DNA of 64,000 nt, taken from the NCBI GenBank assembly GCA_001443025.1, contig LEKP01000001.1, positions 56 through 64,055 of the forward strand, written 5' to 3'. This stretch comes from Parcubacteria bacterium GBS-2. GTDB taxonomy: Bacteria; Patescibacteriota; Minisyncoccia; Minisyncoccales; GBS-2. Position 1 is the stretch's first letter. The number at the start of each line of letters is the position of its first letter. Below are positions 61,191 to 64,000 of this stretch, one piece after another. Made by a program: the position numbers and the translations under genes. The notes beneath the pieces are model-generated. The model worked only from the letters and a program-made list of their open reading frames with translations, was not told the DNA's origin and did no database searches.

Positions 61191-61693
61191 AAAAAGAAGT
61201 TTTTTATTCAATCTTTTTCCTTATTTTCTCGGTTTTGTTGTTTTTTCTTCTCATTTCCCCAAAACAAGTTTCCCTTTCTACTTTAAATTCTGAACTTTTA
61301 CAGAAAAAGCAAGAATTTGAAAGTTCAGATAGATCCTTTCAAGAAATATTAAAAACCTCTGAGAGGTTAAAAAATTATCAAGAAGAAATTTCAAAAGTTG
61401 ATTCGGCCTTGCCTGAAGATCCTTCTATTCCTTCTTTGTTTAACTTCATTCAAAAATCTTCCTCTCAGTCTGGACTTTTATTAGAAAACATTGGTTCAAT
61501 AAGTGTCAAAGAAGAGGGAAAATTAAAAAAATGGACAACTAATATTAAACTCAAGGGAGATTACTCTTCTTTTAAAAATTTTGTTTCGATCTTAGAAAAA
61601 TCTGCTAGATTGATAAAGGTCGAAAAAATTTCCCTTTTGATCGAAAAAGAAACCCCTACCTACAACCTTACAATTTCATTTTTTAGTTATTAA
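61187..61693 (+). CDS. pilO: PilO-like bitopic protein (copy 2)
   Basis: N-terminal TM, coiled coil. ATGA coupling. Assigned by position. Confidence 0.55.
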   Translation: MKKEVFYSIFFLIFSVLLFFLLISPKQVSLSTLNSELLQKKQEFESSDRSFQEILKTSERLKNYQEEISKVDSALPEDPSIPSLFNFIQKSSSQSGLLLENIGSISVKEEGKLKKWTTNIKLKGDYSSFKNFVSILEKSARLIKVEKISLLIEKETPTYNLTISFFSY

Positions 61694-61695
61694 AA

Positions 61696-61995
61696 ATGGA
61701 GCCAATCTATCAAAGGAGAAAAAGAGAAAGAAATTTAATAATAGTATTTTTTGTATTTTTAATGATTACTATTTTCAATCTTTATTTTGGTTATTTCAAA
61801 AGAGAAAAAGCACCTGAAATACCCCCTCCAGAGGTTTCTTCTGTTGAAGAGCTTTCTTTTCCTGAAAAGAAAACCCAAATTGATTTTTCAATTTTTGAAA
61901 ATCCAATTTTAAAAGAACTTCAACCTAGTGAGAAAATAGAATTTCCTAATCCAGAGGAAATGGGGAGGGAAAATCCATTTTTACCAATAAAATGA
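61696..61995 (+). CDS. Small bitopic protein with C-terminal NPF motif (copy 2)
   Basis: 99 aa, one TM, ends GRENPFLPIK. Same position as 51437..51718. Confidence 0.5.
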   Translation: MEPIYQRRKRERNLIIVFFVFLMITIFNLYFGYFKREKAPEIPPPEVSSVEELSFPEKKTQIDFSIFENPILKELQPSEKIEFPNPEEMGRENPFLPIK

Positions 61996-63704
61996 TAATC
62001 GAAGAATTGGTAAAAAGAGGAATTTTAACAAAGGAACAGGAAGAAAAATTGAAAAAGGAGGTTGAAACTTCAGGCAAAAAAGAAGATGAGATAATTTTGG
62101 ATAAAAAGATTTTAAACGAAGAAGAACTCTTTTCTCTAAAATCTGAAATTTTAAAAATTCCATTAAAAAAATTTGAACCAAAGGAAATTTTGCCTGAAGT
62201 TTTAAAAGAAATTCCAGAGGAAACTGCAAGCTTTTACAAAATTATTCCTATTTCAAAAAAAGGGAAAGTGTTAGAAGTGGGGATGGTCTATCCTGAAGAC
62301 CTAGACGCCATTGAGGCAATAAAGTTTTTGGCTAGAAAAAGAGATCTCGAGATAAAAACCTTCTTGATAACGCTTACTGATTTTAAAAAGACGCTCGAAG
62401 AATATCGGGCAAAAAAGGAAGAAATAGAAAAAGCTATTGAAGAACTTGAAAAAGAACTCAAAGCTGAAAAATACGAGAAACCAACAGTTGCCGAATTGGG
62501 TAGAGTAGTTGAAGAGGCCCCGATTACTAAAGCTGTTGCATCCATTTTGAGATACGGAATCGAAGGAGAAAGCTCAGACATTCATATTGAGCCGTTCAAA
62601 GATAGAATGAGAGTTCGGTACAGATTTTTAGGGAAGCTTTACTCTAGCATTTTTTTACCTATTAAGGTTCATCCTGCGATAGTTTCTAGAATAAAAATTC
62701 TTTCTGATTTAAGAATTGATGAGACCAGAATTCCTCAAGATGGAAGGTTTTCGATAGAATATGGAGGAAGGAAAATCGATTTTAGGGTCTCTACTTTCCC
62801 TACCGCAATGGGAGAAAAAGTTGCAATCAGAATTTTAGATCCGAGAGTTGGATTGAAGAAAATCGAAGAGTTGGGACTTTCTGGAAGGAATTTTGAAGTT
62901 TTACAAAGGGCAATCAAAAAACCATTTGGAATGATTTTAGCAACAGGACCTACTGGGTCTGGGAAAACTACTACTTTGTACGCAATTTTGCAAAAATTAA
63001 ACCAAGAAGGGGTGAATATCGTTACTTTGGAGGATCCGGTAGAATATTTCATTGAGGGAATAAACCAATCTCAAATTAGACCAGAGATTGGCTATACTTT
63101 CGCAACCGGCCTAAGACATGTTTTAAGGCAAGACCCAGACATTATTATGGTTGGGGAAATCAGGGATAGAGAAACTGCCGAATTGGCAGTCCATGCTGCT
63201 TTAACTGGCCACTTGGTTTTATCTACCCTTCATACCAACAACGCAATAGGAGTGATTCCTAGATTAGTAGATTTGGGAGTTTCTCCGTTTTTGATTCCTT
63301 ATGCTTTGTCAATAGCCATAGCTCAAAGATTGGTTAGGAGACTTTGTGATAAATGTAAAAAAGAAGTTAAACCCACAAAGGAAATTAAAGACCTGATTTT
63401 AGCAGAGCTTGATAAATTCCCATTGGAAGAAAAGAAAAAATTGAAAATTTCTCAAGATTTTAAAATTTATGAGGCAGTAGGTTGCGATGAGTGCCATAAA
63501 GTTGGTTTTTCAGGCAGAATCGGAATTTTTGAAGTTTTGGAAATAACAAAAAATTTAGAGGAGATAATTTTGAAAGAGCCATCTGAAGCGAACATTGCGG
63601 AAGAGGCAAAAAGGCAAGGGATGATAACAATGAAACAAGATGGGATTTTAAAGATCTTGAAAGGCGAAACAACGATTGAAGAAGTTTTAAGAGAAACAAC
63701 TTAA
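61992..63704 (+). CDS. pilB: Type IV pilus assembly ATPase PilB/GspE family (copy 2, with tetracysteine zinc motif)
   Basis: SSDIHIEP, RIDETRIPQDGRF, GPTGSGKTTT, LRQDPDIIMVGEIRD, CDKCKKE...CDECHKVGFSGR. Confidence 0.9.
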   Translation: MIIEELVKRGILTKEQEEKLKKEVETSGKKEDEIILDKKILNEEELFSLKSEILKIPLKKFEPKEILPEVLKEIPEETASFYKIIPISKKGKVLEVGMVYPEDLDAIEAIKFLARKRDLEIKTFLITLTDFKKTLEEYRAKKEEIEKAIEELEKELKAEKYEKPTVAELGRVVEEAPITKAVASILRYGIEGESSDIHIEPFKDRMRVRYRFLGKLYSSIFLPIKVHPAIVSRIKILSDLRIDETRIPQDGRFSIEYGGRKIDFRVSTFPTAMGEKVAIRILDPRVGLKKIEELGLSGRNFEVLQRAIKKPFGMILATGPTGSGKTTTLYAILQKLNQEGVNIVTLEDPVEYFIEGINQSQIRPEIGYTFATGLRHVLRQDPDIIMVGEIRDRETAELAVHAALTGHLVLSTLHTNNAIGVIPRLVDLGVSPFLIPYALSIAIAQRLVRRLCDKCKKEVKPTKEIKDLILAELDKFPLEEKKKLKISQDFKIYEAVGCDECHKVGFSGRIGIFEVLEITKNLEEIILKEPSEANIAEEAKRQGMITMKQDGILKILKGETTIEEVLRETT

Positions 63705-63706
63705 AA

Positions 63707-64000
63707 ATGGAAGATTACAGAAAAATTTTAAATAGAATTTTAGAAATAGCAATAAAAGAACAAGCGTCGGATGTTCATTTTTCTCCAGGGCACCCTCCGA
63801 TTTTGAGGATTTTTGGAAGCCTCTTTCCTTTAGTTAAAGAGAAAATAATTACTCCAGAAGATTCGAAGAATTTAGCATTTCTGATGATGAATGAATCTCA
63901 AAGAGAAAGGTTTTTAAAAGAAAAAGATTTAGATTTTTCCTACGATTTTGAAGGGAAAGCAAGATTTAGAGTAAACGCCTTTTTCCAAATGGGTCAAGTT
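63707..64000 (+). CDS. pilT: PilT-family retraction ATPase (5' partial, runs off the window)
   Basis: MEDYRKILNRILEIAIKEQASDVHFSPGHPPILRIFGSLFPL...FDFEGKARFRVNAF is a typical PilT N-terminus. Confidence 0.8.
   Translation, partial: MEDYRKILNRILEIAIKEQASDVHFSPGHPPILRIFGSLFPLVKEKIITPEDSKNLAFLMMNESQRERFLKEKDLDFSYDFEGKARFRVNAFFQMGQV

Overview
Dense, visibly AT-rich bacterial chromosome segment. Gene content and architecture fit a reduced Patescibacteria/CPR-type genome (inference only; no rRNA or marker phylogeny is available in the window). Layout: (1) 1-4.8 kb is an accessory island with about five type II toxin-antitoxin cassettes, a RAYT/IS200-like HUH transposase flanked by REP-like palindromes, tRNA-Ala, a compound minisatellite, and GIY-YIG and YraN nucleases. 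(2) 4.9-34.9 kb is a lipid, cofactor and energy block. It holds a CDP-archaeol-synthase homolog, a FakA-DegV fusion plus three DegV paralogs and PlsY, an archaeal-type thiolase, a DUF35-DUF362 fusion, a DUF359 kinase, FabG/FabZ/FabK/PlsC, a GGPP-type prenyl synthase, and acyl-CoA carboxylase genes split by a complete F1Fo ATP synthase operon. (3) nusA, clpP and rny. (4) Two type IV pilus modules (39.9-51.7 kb and 59.6-64 kb). (5) 15 tRNA genes in tight clusters, interleaved with protein genes. The least explained signals sit around the tRNA clusters. These are 8-bp-periodic CTRGTTTT arrays on the transcribed strand beside all five multi-tRNA clusters, a conserved 3' trailer behind both tRNA-Gly genes, and two tandem structured units with compensatory base changes inside a tRNA operon. 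Two homing-endonuclease-like ORFs have stop codons inside tRNA genes, and many operon-first genes have promoter spacing that predicts leaderless mRNAs. All calls rest on reading the sequence and remembered family motifs; no database search was run.
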